From a bacterium (lineage in GTDB: Bacteria > Patescibacteriota > Minisyncoccia > JAUYLV01), in contig JAUSGO010000004.1 in the NCBI GenBank assembly GCA_030649025.1, forward strand, positions 6,824 to 70,823: a stretch of 64,000 bases of DNA. The letters run 5' to 3'. Below, in pieces: positions 1 to 10,095 of the stretch. Both the position numbers and the translations under genes were made by a program. The notes below the pieces were generated by a model. It searched no databases. It was not told the origin of the DNA and was given only the letters and a program-made list of their open reading frames with translations. Within the stretch, counting starts at the first letter, position 1. Each line of letters starts with the position of its first letter.

Positions 1-168
1 TCTAAGGGCTTTAAGAGAGAACGGATACAGAATAACACGGATAAGAATGGTAAGAAGTATGATGGCAACTCCAATATCGTGGTGCGGCAGGATATTGTAA
101 ATGCCGATAAGCGCATTAAAGATCGGCCGATACAGCGCTTCATTGAAAATACTTATAAAAATATTCAT
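1..168 (-). CDS. yidC: YidC/Oxa1 membrane insertase, N-terminal part (runs off window)
   Basis: Manual translation from ATG at 168: MNIFISIFNEALYRPIFNALIGIYNILPHHDIGVAIILLTILIRVILYPFSLKALR (G-AII-LT-IR-L-P motif); synteny after yidD. Confidence 0.9.
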   Translation of the reverse strand, partial: MNIFISIFNEALYRPIFNALIGIYNILPHHDIGVAIILLTILIRVILYPFSLKALR

Positions 169-279
169 AATATTGGGCCTTCGCGCTAATAAAGCGCCGA
201 TGGCATAGAATGATTTTTAAAACACGGCCTTTTGGTGCCCACACACGCGCTTGCCGGACACATACTATCGGTGTCGGAA

Positions 280-519
280 TCAGACGGGGTCGTATCCTCC
301 TTGGGAGAACGGGTTACAGCGCATTATTCGCCAAGCGCTTCGCGCTATCCCTTTCAAAAAACCCTTTGTTTGTATCGCCTGCTTAGTGTACGTCGAGCAC
401 GACGGATAATATTTACACGACCCGCTCAAAAATGGCAACGAGATGATTCCGTGGTCCGGCGAGACGGTCTTTTGGTATAACTCAATAAGATTTGTTGCGG
501 TTTTTGAGAGTGTTCGCAT
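280..519 (-). CDS. yidD: Membrane protein insertion efficiency factor YidD
   Basis: [10 protein letters not shown] and [16 protein letters not shown] motifs; between rnpA and yidC. Confidence 0.95.
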   Translation of the reverse strand: MRTLSKTATNLIELYQKTVSPDHGIISLPFLSGSCKYYPSCSTYTKQAIQTKGFLKGIARSAWRIMRCNPFSQGGYDPV

Positions 520-832
520 GATAAGTAAGCTCCTTTACTAAATCAAAAAAATCTGCGTCCTGGATGTTTTTTGAAGGAAAGATAAGCAGATCATATCCGA
601 AGAGGGCGGGCATACATTTCTTGACAACCTCCCTTGTTCTTCGTTTTATAGAGTTTCTTGTAACCGCCTTTTTTGCTTCTTTGGCGCTCACTATAACGGC
701 TATGCGAGGCGGCGCTATCCTTGTTGTTCTTGAAGCCTTCAGGCGGAAAAATCTTCCTCGGGTCTGCGTTCCTTTTTCCAACACAAAAAGAACGTCCTGT
801 CTCTTTTTCAACCTGTTAATGCCGGAGAGCAT
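482..832 (-). CDS. rnpA: Ribonuclease P protein component
   Basis: [10 protein letters not shown] start and [15 protein letters not shown] (RNR-like) motif; start trimmed to ATG 832. Confidence 0.92.
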   Translation of the reverse strand: MLSGINRLKKRQDVLFVLEKGTQTRGRFFRLKASRTTRIAPPRIAVIVSAKEAKKAVTRNSIKRRTREVVKKCMPALFGYDLLIFPSKNIQDADFFDLVKELTYHANTLKNRNKSY

Positions 833-849
833 AGAAGGCGGTTTCAGGA

Positions 850-987
850 CTACACAACTAACTTCTTTCTGTGTTTCCGGCGTCGTCTTTGCACCACCCG
901 TCTTCCGCCGGTACGTCGCATGCGTTTTAAAAACCCGTGTACACGACGCCTTCTGCGCTTCTTTGGTTTGTAGGTAAGGGCTAGCAT
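850..987 (-). CDS. rpmH: 50S ribosomal protein L34 (45 aa, below ORF-track cutoff)
   Basis: Manual translation [45 protein letters not shown]; canonical position divergent from dnaA. Confidence 0.95.
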   Translation of the reverse strand: MLALTYKPKKRRRRRVHGFLKRMRRTGGRRVVQRRRRKHRKKLVV

Positions 988-1034
988 TCTTGTAAAGAAT
1001 ACATTCTTCGTGTATGCTCGTCAATAGTTAATTT

Positions 1035-1095
1035 TCATCCACAACTTCTGCACAGATGGGGATTATTTTTTAAGTTTTTTTCTGCGTGCTATACT
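1035..1095. promoter_or_regulatory. DnaA-box-like sites and probable dnaA extended -10 promoter
   Basis: TCATCCACA 1035-1043, TTCTGCACA 1046-1054; TGcTATACT ending 1095. Confidence 0.5.
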
Positions 1096-1176
1096 ACCTT
1101 CCGTTGTGTGAATTTATTTTCATTGTTATTGCCTGCGTTCTTCGCATGCATTATAAGATAATTTTTTCTCCTGCAT

Positions 1177-2571
1177 ATGACCAATGAAGATCTCTGGCAG
1201 ACCGTGTTGGGCGAAATGGAACTTACGCTTTCCAGGGCAAATTTCGTTACCTGGTTTAAAAACACTTCTATTTCTGCTCACGAAAGCGGCGCCGTGATCG
1301 TCAGCGTCCCGAACGGGTTCACACAAGAGTGGTTGGAGAATAAATATAACAAATTTATCCTTAAATCGTTGCGCAAAACATCTCCGGACGTTAAAGAGGT
1401 GAAGTATGTCATAGGCTCCTACAGTCCGCCTCCGCGCCGAGAACACCTTGATGTCTCCCCCGAGACTCAAATGGACAAGGAATCTTTTGCCTACGACGAC
1501 CAGCTTAGCGTCGGTGAACTTGAACAGCCGGTTCTGGTAAATAAAGCGAACCTCAATACCCGCTATACCTTTTCTTCGTTTATCGTTGGTTCTTCAAACG
1601 AATTGGCAAACGCAGCTTCCCTCGCCGTTGCAGGAAGCCCCGGTACGGTATACAACCCCCTACTTATCTATGGGGGAGTTGGGCTTGGAAAAACGCATCT
1701 TATGCAGGCGGTCGGAAACGAAATACTCGCAAAGCGCCCCGGAGCGCAAGTTAAGTACATAGCCGCGGAACGTTTTACGACGGAGCTTATCAATTCGCTC
1801 CAAGATAAGCGTATTGAAGAATTTAAACAGCGCTATCGGGCTTGCGATGTGCTTATTATCGACGATATCCAATTTCTTTCCGGAAAAGAAAAGACTCAGG
1901 AGGAGTTTTTTCATACCTTTAATCATCTTTTTGCCAACAATAAACAGATCATCCTTTCTTCCGACCGCCCTCCAAAAGCCATAGGAGGCATCGAGGAGCG
2001 ACTACGGAGCCGTTTTGAGGGCGGCATGGTCGCCGATGTTGGCATACCAGAGCTTGAGATGCGTGTTGCGATTCTAAAGAAAAAATCAGAAGAAAGAAAT
2101 ATTGCGCTTCCCGATGACGTGCTTATGTATATTTCTACGAAAATCCAGAAAAATATTAGAGAGCTCGAGGGAGCGCTTAATAAAATAGCCGCTTACGTAC
2201 AACACACCAAAACAGTTCCTTCTCTTAAAATAGCAGAGAAAATCCTCTCAAGCCTTATAAATCAGCCAAAACGGATGATTTTGGTACGGGATATTATGAA
2301 GGCTGTGTCGGATTTCTACGATATCGGCCTCGATGAAATTGTAAACCAGTGCCGGAGAAAAGAGGTGGTAAGACCGCGACAAATAACCATGTATCTTCTG
2401 CGCGAAGAGCTGCAAAGCTCTTATCCGGCCATTGGAGCCAAGCTCGGCAACAGAGATCATACGACCGTTATGTACGGCTGCGAAAAAATTACAAAAGAAC
2501 TGGAAAACAACCTTACGCTACAGGAAGAGGTCCGGCTCATTCGGGAGCGCCTGTATGCAAACATGGGATAG
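1177..2571 (+). CDS. dnaA: Chromosomal replication initiator DnaA
   Basis: YNPLLIYGGVGLGKTHL Walker A, LIIDDIQF Walker B, RDHTTV domain IV. Confidence 0.99.
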   Translation: MTNEDLWQTVLGEMELTLSRANFVTWFKNTSISAHESGAVIVSVPNGFTQEWLENKYNKFILKSLRKTSPDVKEVKYVIGSYSPPPRREHLDVSPETQMDKESFAYDDQLSVGELEQPVLVNKANLNTRYTFSSFIVGSSNELANAASLAVAGSPGTVYNPLLIYGGVGLGKTHLMQAVGNEILAKRPGAQVKYIAAERFTTELINSLQDKRIEEFKQRYRACDVLIIDDIQFLSGKEKTQEEFFHTFNHLFANNKQIILSSDRPPKAIGGIEERLRSRFEGGMVADVGIPELEMRVAILKKKSEERNIALPDDVLMYISTKIQKNIRELEGALNKIAAYVQHTKTVPSLKIAEKILSSLINQPKRMILVRDIMKAVSDFYDIGLDEIVNQCRRKEVVRPRQITMYLLREELQSSYPAIGAKLGNRDHTTVMYGCEKITKELENNLTLQEEVRLIRERLYANMG

Positions 2572-2791
2572 AGTGTGTACAAAAAAAATAATTTTATTTT
2601 TCTCTTTTTTTGTTCACTGAAATATTCCGCTTATAGCCAGGCCCTCCACACCTTTATAAAATTCTTACAGTATATTTTTTGTATAAACAGCGATAAAAAA
2701 CTATTTTCCCCTTTTCCACAGCGCATAATAATAATCATTATAAATATTATATATAAAGAAATCTTATTATATATAATACCGGTGTATAACT
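2572..2791. other. Probable oriC (dnaA-dnaN intergenic) with DnaA box, GC tetramer, DnaA-trios and AT-rich tract
   Basis: TTTTCCACA 2712-2720, GCGC 2721-2724, ATA ATA ATA ATC ATT ATA 2725-2742, then AATATTATATATAAAG; further degenerate boxes near 2574, 2642 and 2781. Confidence 0.8.
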
Positions 2792-3889
2792 ATGAAATTT
2801 TCCTGCATCAGATCATATTTTCTAAACGCGGCAAGCTCCGTTGAAAGAATAATAGAAAAAAATAGCACGCTTCCCATTCTTCAAAATATTTTTATTAAAG
2901 TTGAAAAAGGGAAGACCACACTTTCCACGACAAACCTTGAAATAGGCATACATGCTTCATTCCAATCAAAAGCGGACGAGGAAGGATCTTTTACCGTTCC
3001 TGCAAAAACCCTATTGAATTTTCTTATGTATGTGGATACAGAAAAGATAACAGTCCACACAAAAGGAACAAATCTTATTATAAATGCCGGCTCTCATAAG
3101 GCGGACATTAAAGGACTTGACGCAACTAATTTTCCTATCATTCCTGAAATAACCGAAAGCTTTTCTACTTCTCTGCCTGCAGAAGAATTTTTTTCAGCTC
3201 TTTCTTCCCTAACTTTTCTTTCTTCAATGGGAGACCTGCGGCCGGAGCTTGCGGGAGTTTTTTGCAGTTTTGAAAAAAACCAACTGCGCATGGCTGCAAC
3301 AGACAGTTTTCGTCTCGGAGAATTTATTTTAAAAATCCCTACCCCAAAGAAAGAAACGACCTGTATTATACCTACGCGAACCGTAAACGAAATAATCCGC
3401 TTATTCACCGGGGCCGAAGCCGTTACCTTAAAACTAAGTGCCAATCAAATTCTCATCAAAACACAGGAAAAAGAGCTCATCTCCCGCCTCATCGAAGAAA
3501 AATACCCCGATTATACGGCAGTTATTCCGACATCAAGCACAACCAGAACATATCTTAAAAGGGAAGAGTTTATGCAGGCCTTGCGCGCCGCAAGCGTTTT
3601 TAGCGGAAAGACGCGTGAGGTAAAAATTAATATTTTTCCGGAAGAAAAAAAATATATTATAGAAAGCCGCAATGCCGACATAGGAGAACACAAAAGCGAA
3701 ATTTCTTGCGACGGAAACGGAAAAAACGTGACGGTATCGGTTAACTATCAGTATTTCCTTGATGCCCTCGGGAAGATTTCCGACGAAATGATTTCTTTTG
3801 AGAACAACAACGAAACAGACCCCATTCTTCTTAAGGGGCTTGCGGGCGCCGGACCAAGATATATTATTATGCCGTTGCGCTCGTATTAG
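2792..3889 (+). CDS. dnaN: DNA polymerase III beta clamp
   Basis: STLPILQN, ATDSFRL, SRLIEEKYPDY, IIMPLR motifs; follows dnaA. Confidence 0.97.
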   Translation: MKFSCIRSYFLNAASSVERIIEKNSTLPILQNIFIKVEKGKTTLSTTNLEIGIHASFQSKADEEGSFTVPAKTLLNFLMYVDTEKITVHTKGTNLIINAGSHKADIKGLDATNFPIIPEITESFSTSLPAEEFFSALSSLTFLSSMGDLRPELAGVFCSFEKNQLRMAATDSFRLGEFILKIPTPKKETTCIIPTRTVNEIIRLFTGAEAVTLKLSANQILIKTQEKELISRLIEEKYPDYTAVIPTSSTTRTYLKREEFMQALRAASVFSGKTREVKINIFPEEKKYIIESRNADIGEHKSEISCDGNGKNVTVSVNYQYFLDALGKISDEMISFENNNETDPILLKGLAGAGPRYIIMPLRSY

Positions 3890-3915
3890 GCGGTTCGCGC
3901 TACAAAAAACCTCCT

Positions 3916-4215
3916 ATGAAGCGACTCGGAGAGCTGTTGAAAAGCGTATATGAAAAAAAATCCGAAACATACGACGAGATCGAACGCATAAACATTTTTC
4001 TGAAAAAGCACCACGGCACTTTATCCCCCACTCTTCAAAACCTTCTTGATAGGCGTACAGGAATTTCGTATAAGAATAATATACTTACCATCTTTGTTCC
4101 AAGAGGGCTCTTTTCCCCAGAAACACACTTCGCCGCCCACGAACTCAAAGAATTTTTTCTAAAAGAATCCGAAAAAAAACTTCGCGCGGTGCGATTTGCT
4201 CCGGAACAGCAATGA
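3916..4215 (+). CDS. Probable DciA/DUF721-family helicase loader
   Basis: MKRLGELL N-terminus, KNNILTIFV...LKEFFLKE...LRAVRF pattern; directly after dnaN. Confidence 0.55.
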   Translation: MKRLGELLKSVYEKKSETYDEIERINIFLKKHHGTLSPTLQNLLDRRTGISYKNNILTIFVPRGLFSPETHFAAHELKEFFLKESEKKLRAVRFAPEQQ

Positions 4216-4260
4216 AAAGCGTGTACCGCACAAGAAAAACGCCAGCAATCTGCTGGCGTT

Positions 4261-6429
4261 TTATTTTTTGGAAAAACCCGTCTGGCCCTGTGTTATCGCG
4301 TCCCGTATCATTTGCTCGGAAAACTCGGGACACGTAGGTAGTTTTTCCGGAGGCACGTCTTGGTAAAGATCCTCCATGATGGTTTTTGCGATCTTTCCGG
4401 GTCCTTTGCCGCCCGGTTCTTTGTGCGGATCGTTTACGCCATGTGCATCGTCTCCGATAGAGGTGTTGTCTTCAAAACCAAGCCACACAAGCACCGTATA
4501 TCCTTTCTGGCCACACGTGGAGATGCTGATCCAAGCATCTTTGAAGTTATTTGTTGTTCCTGTTTTTGCAATTACGGGGAAAGGAAGAGGCGGTCCGTTT
4601 TTAAGCCAGGGGCTTCCTTTCCCGAGTATGTAGTGCGCAGTGCCGTGTTGCCACAGTATCGGGCCGCGAAGCATGGCAAGAAGCTTGGCCTCAGTGTCTT
4701 GAGGAATTACTTGCGCACAATCGTTTTTAAAGTCCTTCCCAGGAAATTCTTCCGGTATTCCTGTCGGATACATCACCCGATCAACAATACGCCCCTTGTC
4801 AATTAAGCACCCGCCGTTTGCGATTGTTGCGTATGCAAGCGCGATATTAAGCGGCGTAGCTTCCACGGCGCCAAGTGCTGCCGTTGGATAGTGATGAACG
4901 TCTCCTTTTGCGTCGACGTAAGACGAAAAATTCCCCTTCAGACCCGCTTGTTTGGCAATCCTTATCACATCGTTAATGTCGACCATATGCAGAACCGCCC
5001 ACATTGTCGCAGCGTTCCGTGATTCCGCAAGCGCAAGCCAACAAGGAATTATCCCTTTGTGCTTTCCGTCGTAATTATTTATTGTTTTTCTTTTGCCATT
5101 GCCCATTTTCACACTTACATATCCATCATTGAGCAGACAGGGTTTTTCGTCGTCTCTGCCGATTCCCCACCCATGAGCAAGCAAGGCAAGGTAGACAAAC
5201 GGCTTGAACGCGGAGCCGAGCTGGCGATTTGCCTGCCAGAGATAGCGAAATCCATACCAAGGATTTGTTCCGCCCTCAGAGACAGCGACAATGTCGCCGT
5301 TGTTTTTAAGAACCAAAGCAAGCCCCGTTATCTTTTTTTGTTTTTCCGGCTGGTCGTAATGGCGCTGGCGGTATGCCAGAAGACCATTTTCCAAAGCCGC
5401 ATCCGCGATGTTCTGAACGGACGCATCGATGGTTGTGAAGACGGCCGGCCCAAAAAGATATAAGCGGTCCCGGTCTTCCTTGGAAAGGCTTTCAAGGGCA
5501 AAGCCGACCGCTGACGGAGCAAAGCTGCGCGCGTTCCACGGATTAGTGCGCAGGTCCCTTACTCCAAGAGGTTTTTTAATGTACGTCTCAAATTGATCTC
5601 GCGTAAGATAGCCGTTCCTATGCATCCGATCGAGTACGATGAATCTTCGTCCAAGAGCCTCTTCCTCGTTCCCTTTTTTGAAGGGAGAGTATTTGACGGG
5701 ATTTTGGATGAGTGCCGCAAGAAGCGCGGCTTCGTGCGGCTCTAGATCCGCAAGCTTTTTCCCGAAATAGAAATCTGACGCCGCAACAAATCCGTATTGC
5801 GGTGCGCCTCCTTTGGGACTCGGGAACCTTCCAAGAAAGACCAATGAAGCGTACTGTTCAAAAATTACCTCTTTGGCTTTTCTCCGATTCCATCCGAAGT
5901 GGCGCCAGAGCACAAACTCCCAACGAAGCGCCATGCGCGCTTCCCGGATTTTTCTAAACCACCTTTCGTGTTTCCCAGATGGTTTTTTATGCCATTCGCG
6001 ATACATCTCTTCCTGTAAAAAACGCATCCTAACAACCTGCTGGGTCATCGTTGAAGCTCCGCCCTTAATTTTCCCCGCAAGAGAATTCTCGATTGCCATA
6101 ATAATCATTCGAAACGGATTAACTCCCGGATGCCACCAAAACTCTTTATCCTCTGCGGAAAGTACGGCGTATTCAAGGGTTTTTGGAATATTTTTGTAAG
6201 GAACGAAAGTCCGGTATTCTCTACCGAACTCTCCAAGAGGCACGCCATCCGATGTGATTATTTTCCCGGAAAGCTGTGGAGAAAATCCGAACATTTCTTC
6301 TTCGGTCGGCAGATCGTATGGAAGCACGTAAACCCACAATGCAACGAACACAGAAAAAAACGTCAGAATGGTCGCTATCCTGTGTTTTTTTACCGTTCTC
6401 CAAAGACGTTCGACGCGCAGAAAACGCAT
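4261..6429 (-). CDS. Class A penicillin-binding protein (transglycosylase/transpeptidase)
   Basis: N-terminal TM; EDKEFWWHPG, GGASTMTQQ, RKIRE transglycosylase motifs; SAFK, SRN, KTGT transpeptidase motifs. Confidence 0.93.
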   Translation of the reverse strand: MRFLRVERLWRTVKKHRIATILTFFSVFVALWVYVLPYDLPTEEEMFGFSPQLSGKIITSDGVPLGEFGREYRTFVPYKNIPKTLEYAVLSAEDKEFWWHPGVNPFRMIIMAIENSLAGKIKGGASTMTQQVVRMRFLQEEMYREWHKKPSGKHERWFRKIREARMALRWEFVLWRHFGWNRRKAKEVIFEQYASLVFLGRFPSPKGGAPQYGFVAASDFYFGKKLADLEPHEAALLAALIQNPVKYSPFKKGNEEEALGRRFIVLDRMHRNGYLTRDQFETYIKKPLGVRDLRTNPWNARSFAPSAVGFALESLSKEDRDRLYLFGPAVFTTIDASVQNIADAALENGLLAYRQRHYDQPEKQKKITGLALVLKNNGDIVAVSEGGTNPWYGFRYLWQANRQLGSAFKPFVYLALLAHGWGIGRDDEKPCLLNDGYVSVKMGNGKRKTINNYDGKHKGIIPCWLALAESRNAATMWAVLHMVDINDVIRIAKQAGLKGNFSSYVDAKGDVHHYPTAALGAVEATPLNIALAYATIANGGCLIDKGRIVDRVMYPTGIPEEFPGKDFKNDCAQVIPQDTEAKLLAMLRGPILWQHGTAHYILGKGSPWLKNGPPLPFPVIAKTGTTNNFKDAWISISTCGQKGYTVLVWLGFEDNTSIGDDAHGVNDPHKEPGGKGPGKIAKTIMEDLYQDVPPEKLPTCPEFSEQMIRDAITQGQTGFSKK

Positions 6430-6572
6430 AACATCCTCCTGATCTTTCCCGACTCAAGGCCGGGACCCCGACTTCTTTAATTCAAAAAAACAGAAGCGTT
6501 GGGGTAGTTTTCAAGGTGCAAAATCACTATCAGCTATATCGTATATGGAGAAAAAACACAACACCCGCGTTC

Positions 6573-6610
6573 CTATCAAAAATCCCTCTCACAAGAGGGG
6601 TTTTTGATAG
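6573..6610 (-). terminator. Hairpin terminator at the 3' end of 6S RNA
   Basis: CTATCAAAAATCCCTCT...AGAGGGGTTTTTGATAG inverted repeat. Confidence 0.6.
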
Positions 6611-6780
6611 CTTCGCGGACTTCAGGTACACCGTATTCAGCTGGTCTCCAGGTGGGTGCCCGCAATCTTCTTTATCTGAACGTCCTTGGACGGACACTCA
6701 TCAAAAGAAGATACTATGGGGTTCCCAAAGAAAGAAAGATTGTACTAAAACGTTTATACCCAAACACTCCGTGAAGCTAT
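6607..6780 (-). ncRNA. ssrS: 6S RNA (SsrS)
   Basis: About 174-nt rod: terminal stem ATAGCTTCACGGA/TCCGCGAAGCTAT, central pyrimidine-rich bubble, GGGAACC and GGGCACCCACCTG motifs as in Firmicutes-type 6S; TGgTATACT extended -10 just upstream. Confidence 0.85.
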
Positions 6781-6807
6781 GTATAGTATACCACAACCCG
6801 TGCCAAA

Positions 6808-7416
6808 TTAATACATCACGTCTTCTTCAGCGCGTTTGTAGTCATGAAGCTCCTTTTCCGAAAACCAATACGCAAGCTCTTTCTCCGCCTCTTCCGGAGT
6901 TCCGGATGCGTGTGCAAGGTTTCGTACCGTACGATGGTCTCGGTTGGCGCAAGCGGCGGAATCCGTTGAAAAATCACCGCGAATTGTTCCCATCTCGGCC
7001 AGGGCCGGCATCGTATGCCCGCAAAGCTTACGGATGCCCTCCACCACATGCACCCCCTTGATGGCCACCTTCATAATGGGACCGGAAAGCATGAATTCCA
7101 CGAGCCACGACCTTACCATTCGGCCGATTTCCAGATCGTCATCCGTTCCCATTTCTGCCTTTACATCAATGCCATATTTCTCATAAGTTGCTTTCGTTTT
7201 CCCCGCCAAACTTTTCGCATACGCGTCGCTATTATCATAATGCCCTTCTATTTGTTCCCGCGTCGCCCACACCATTGCAAGGCCGATGATCTTAAAGCCT
7301 CGCATCTCAATACGGCGAATAATCTCTCCGGTTAGCCCGCGCTTTACGCCGTCGGGCTTAACAAGCAGCAGCGTGCGTTCTTCTCTGGGGTGTCGAGGAT
7401 GGACAAGCTCGCTCAT
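6808..7416 (-). CDS. ndk: Nucleoside-diphosphate kinase
   Basis: ERTLLLVKPDGVKRGL, GTIRGDF, NLAHAS catalytic His. Confidence 0.95.
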   Translation of the reverse strand: MSELVHPRHPREERTLLLVKPDGVKRGLTGEIIRRIEMRGFKIIGLAMVWATREQIEGHYDNSDAYAKSLAGKTKATYEKYGIDVKAEMGTDDDLEIGRMVRSWLVEFMLSGPIMKVAIKGVHVVEGIRKLCGHTMPALAEMGTIRGDFSTDSAACANRDHRTVRNLAHASGTPEEAEKELAYWFSEKELHDYKRAEEDVMY

Positions 7417-7464
7417 GAAAAATTTTTTAAAAATGGATTTTTACTGATGTGCGTATTCACTGGG

Positions 7465-7800
7465 CTACTCAAGCTCTCTGTAGAAGCGCCCCGTCGGCGT
7501 CTGCTGGACATCGTGTTGACCGGACAAGACAGGAGAAAAAAAATCTTCTCTTTGTACTTCTTCGATTTCTCGGTTAATTTCTTCTATTTTTCCTTTTTGC
7601 ACCGCATCTGCCCAGGAAGCGCCTTCGGGCCTGCCGATCACGAACGCCTTCTTGTTTTCGACGTTTTTCTGGTGGGCTTGGCGCGCCGTGTTCATATAAT
7701 CCCCGAATACGGAGATAACAAATTTCGGTTGGCCCTCTTCAAGGACCAGAACCTTTCCACCGTGCTCTAGAAATTCTTTTATCTCTTGAGTTAATTCCAT
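7465..7800 (-). CDS. Hypothetical protein (weak Phd/YefM-like N-terminus)
   Basis: 111-aa ORF co-oriented between fusA and ndk; VLVLEEGQPKFVISVFGDY pattern. Confidence 0.6.
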   Translation of the reverse strand: MELTQEIKEFLEHGGKVLVLEEGQPKFVISVFGDYMNTARQAHQKNVENKKAFVIGRPEGASWADAVQKGKIEEINREIEEVQREDFFSPVLSGQHDVQQTPTGRFYRELE

Positions 7801-7884
7801 ACCACTACAATGCTAGCAGATAAGACGGCGCCGGACAAGCCCGCGCCACTCCTTTGAGAGTAGCTGTGAGCCAGCCTTGGCCCA

Positions 7885-9984
7885 TTATTTTTTTCTTCCA
7901 TTAATGATTTCTTCGGCAACATTGCGTGGCACCTCCTCGTAACTGGAGAACTCCATTGTGTAGGAAGCTCTGCCCTCCGTCATGCTGCGGAGCTTTGTGG
8001 CATAGCCGAACATTTCTGCAAGTGGTACCGCCGCGTCAACAATTTTCAACTGGGCCCGCTGTCCCAGGTTTTCTATGCGCGCCCGCTTGCTGGATAGATC
8101 CCCGGTAACGTCTCCAAGGAATTTTTCTGGCGTTACGGCCTCTACTTTCATTACCGGCTCCAAAATAATGGGCTTTGCGCGTCTCACGCCTTCTTGTAAC
8201 GCCATGGATGCCGCAATTTTAAAAGCTATCTCGGAAGAGTCCACGTCGTGGTATGAGCCATCATAAAGAGTAACCCGCATGTCTTGCAACGGGTATCCGG
8301 CAACAACTCCCCGCTCCATAGCTTCCTTTACGCCTTTTTGCACCGCCGAGATGTACTCCTGCGGGATAACGCCCCCCCGAAGCTTGCTTTCAAATTCGAA
8401 TCCGGCTCCGCGTTCCAGGGCCTCGAGCCTCAGCCAGACGTGGCCGTACTGCCCATGTCCTCCCGTCTGCTTGATGTATTTTCCTTCGGCTTCAGCCGTC
8501 CCTTTGATGGTCTCTTTATATGCGACCTGTGGCGTACCGACGTTCGCTTCCACCTTAAATTCCCGCTTCATGCGATCAACAATGATCTCGAGGTGCAATT
8601 CGCCCATGCCGGAGATAATCGTGTCACCGGTTTCTTCATCTCCCTTGATGCGAAACGTCGGATCTTCGTCGGACAGGCGTTTTAACGCCAACCCCATTTT
8701 CTCCTGGTCGGCCTTCGTCTTTGGTTCAATTCGCTGGGAAATTACCGGTTCCGGAAAAATAATTTTTTCAAGTATGATGGGATTGTCCAGGTCGCAGAGC
8801 GTATCCCCGGTCGTAGTGCCCTTAAGCCCTACCGCGGCGGCAATGCCACCGGCCCAAACTTCTTTGATTTCTTCCCGGTGGTTTGCATGCATCTGCAAAA
8901 TGCGCCCGATGCGCTCTTTGTCACCGGTCCCTGCGTTATACACATAGGACCCGGCCTCTACCCTTCCAGAGTAGACCCGGAAGTAAGTGAGCGAGCCGAC
9001 AAACGGATCGGTGGCCACTTTAAATGCCAAGGCCGAAAACGGAGCCTGGTCGTCGGCAGAACGAACGAGATCTTCTCCCGTTCTTGGATGAGTTCCTGTA
9101 ACCGGGGGACGATCCAGGGGCGATGGTAAGTAATCCACCACCGCGTCAAGCATGAACTGTACGCCTTTATTTTTTAAGGCGGAGCCAACCAAAACAGGAA
9201 TAAGTGCGTTGTTAATGGTGGCCCTGCGAATAATTCGTTTTACTTCTTCGATAGGCGGCTCGACTCCGGCCAAATACTGCTCCATGGCCTTATCGTCCTT
9301 TTCCACAACTTTTTCAATAAGTTCATGGCGAAGTTCTTTGGCGCGTTCCTGCAGATCCGCCGGGACGACGCTTTCCACAATGCGCTCCCCGTGTTCCCCT
9401 TCAAACCGATATGCTTTCATGAGAAGCAGATCCACCACTCCTTCAAATCTATCTTCCTCGCCAATAGGAAGATGCATGCGTATGGCGTTCGGGGTCAGCC
9501 GTTCAAGAATAGAAGCGAAGCTTCGCTCAAAGCTCGCGCCCGCCCTATCGAGCTTGTTGATAAAGCAGATGCGCGGTACGTGGTATTCGTCCGCATAGTG
9601 CCAGTTGGTTTCGCTTTGAGGTTCCACTCCCGCAACGCCATCGAACACTACCACAGCCCCGTCCAGCACCCGCAGGGAGCGTTTTACTTCAACCGTAAAG
9701 TCGATATGTCCCGGCGTATCTATAAGGTTAATGCGATACTCGTGCGTCTTTTTGTCTTTGCCGTAGGGCGTCCAAAAACATGCAGTAGCCGCCGAAGTGA
9801 TGGTGATGCCGCGCTCCCGTTCCTGCTCCATCCAATCCATCACGGTATCGCCCTCGTGCACCTCGCCAATTTTATGCGAGATGCCGGTGTAAAACAAAAC
9901 ACGCTCGGAAACGGTGGTTTTTCCGGCGTCGATATGAGCAATGATGCCAATATCTCGTATACGCTCGAGAGGATAGTCTCTCAT
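7885..9984 (-). CDS. fusA: Elongation factor G
   Basis: [32 protein letters not shown]; ATG at 9984. Confidence 0.99.
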   Translation of the reverse strand: MRDYPLERIRDIGIIAHIDAGKTTVSERVLFYTGISHKIGEVHEGDTVMDWMEQERERGITITSAATACFWTPYGKDKKTHEYRINLIDTPGHIDFTVEVKRSLRVLDGAVVVFDGVAGVEPQSETNWHYADEYHVPRICFINKLDRAGASFERSFASILERLTPNAIRMHLPIGEEDRFEGVVDLLLMKAYRFEGEHGERIVESVVPADLQERAKELRHELIEKVVEKDDKAMEQYLAGVEPPIEEVKRIIRRATINNALIPVLVGSALKNKGVQFMLDAVVDYLPSPLDRPPVTGTHPRTGEDLVRSADDQAPFSALAFKVATDPFVGSLTYFRVYSGRVEAGSYVYNAGTGDKERIGRILQMHANHREEIKEVWAGGIAAAVGLKGTTTGDTLCDLDNPIILEKIIFPEPVISQRIEPKTKADQEKMGLALKRLSDEDPTFRIKGDEETGDTIISGMGELHLEIIVDRMKREFKVEANVGTPQVAYKETIKGTAEAEGKYIKQTGGHGQYGHVWLRLEALERGAGFEFESKLRGGVIPQEYISAVQKGVKEAMERGVVAGYPLQDMRVTLYDGSYHDVDSSEIAFKIAASMALQEGVRRAKPIILEPVMKVEAVTPEKFLGDVTGDLSSKRARIENLGQRAQLKIVDAAVPLAEMFGYATKLRSMTEGRASYTMEFSSYEEVPRNVAEEIINGRKK

Positions 9985-9990
9985 AAACAA

Positions 9991-10092
9991 AAACTCGTTA
10001 TGTCGTTAACGAGTTGGCGAGCTCCCGCCTGAGGCGGATCCGCCTTTGGTGGAAATATGCCGATAGAATTGACCCGTTAACGCGTTAATGAA
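9991..10092. repeat. Fold-back octamer repeat (GTTAACG/CTCGTTAA type) with nested CCGCC double palindrome
   Basis: AACTCGTTA..GTTAACGAGTT and CCCGTTAACGCGTTAA arms; CCCGCCTGAGGCGGATCCGCCTTTGGTGG in the middle. Confidence 0.65.
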
Positions 10093-10095
10093 AAT

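Noticed and set aside
2575-2844. 89-aa Ile-rich ORF between dnaA and dnaN
   Set aside because: Low-complexity translation of the AT-rich origin; overlaps the dnaN start.
6516-7061. 181-aa plus-strand ORF
   Set aside because: Antisense to ndk and the 6S RNA, with no recognisable motif.
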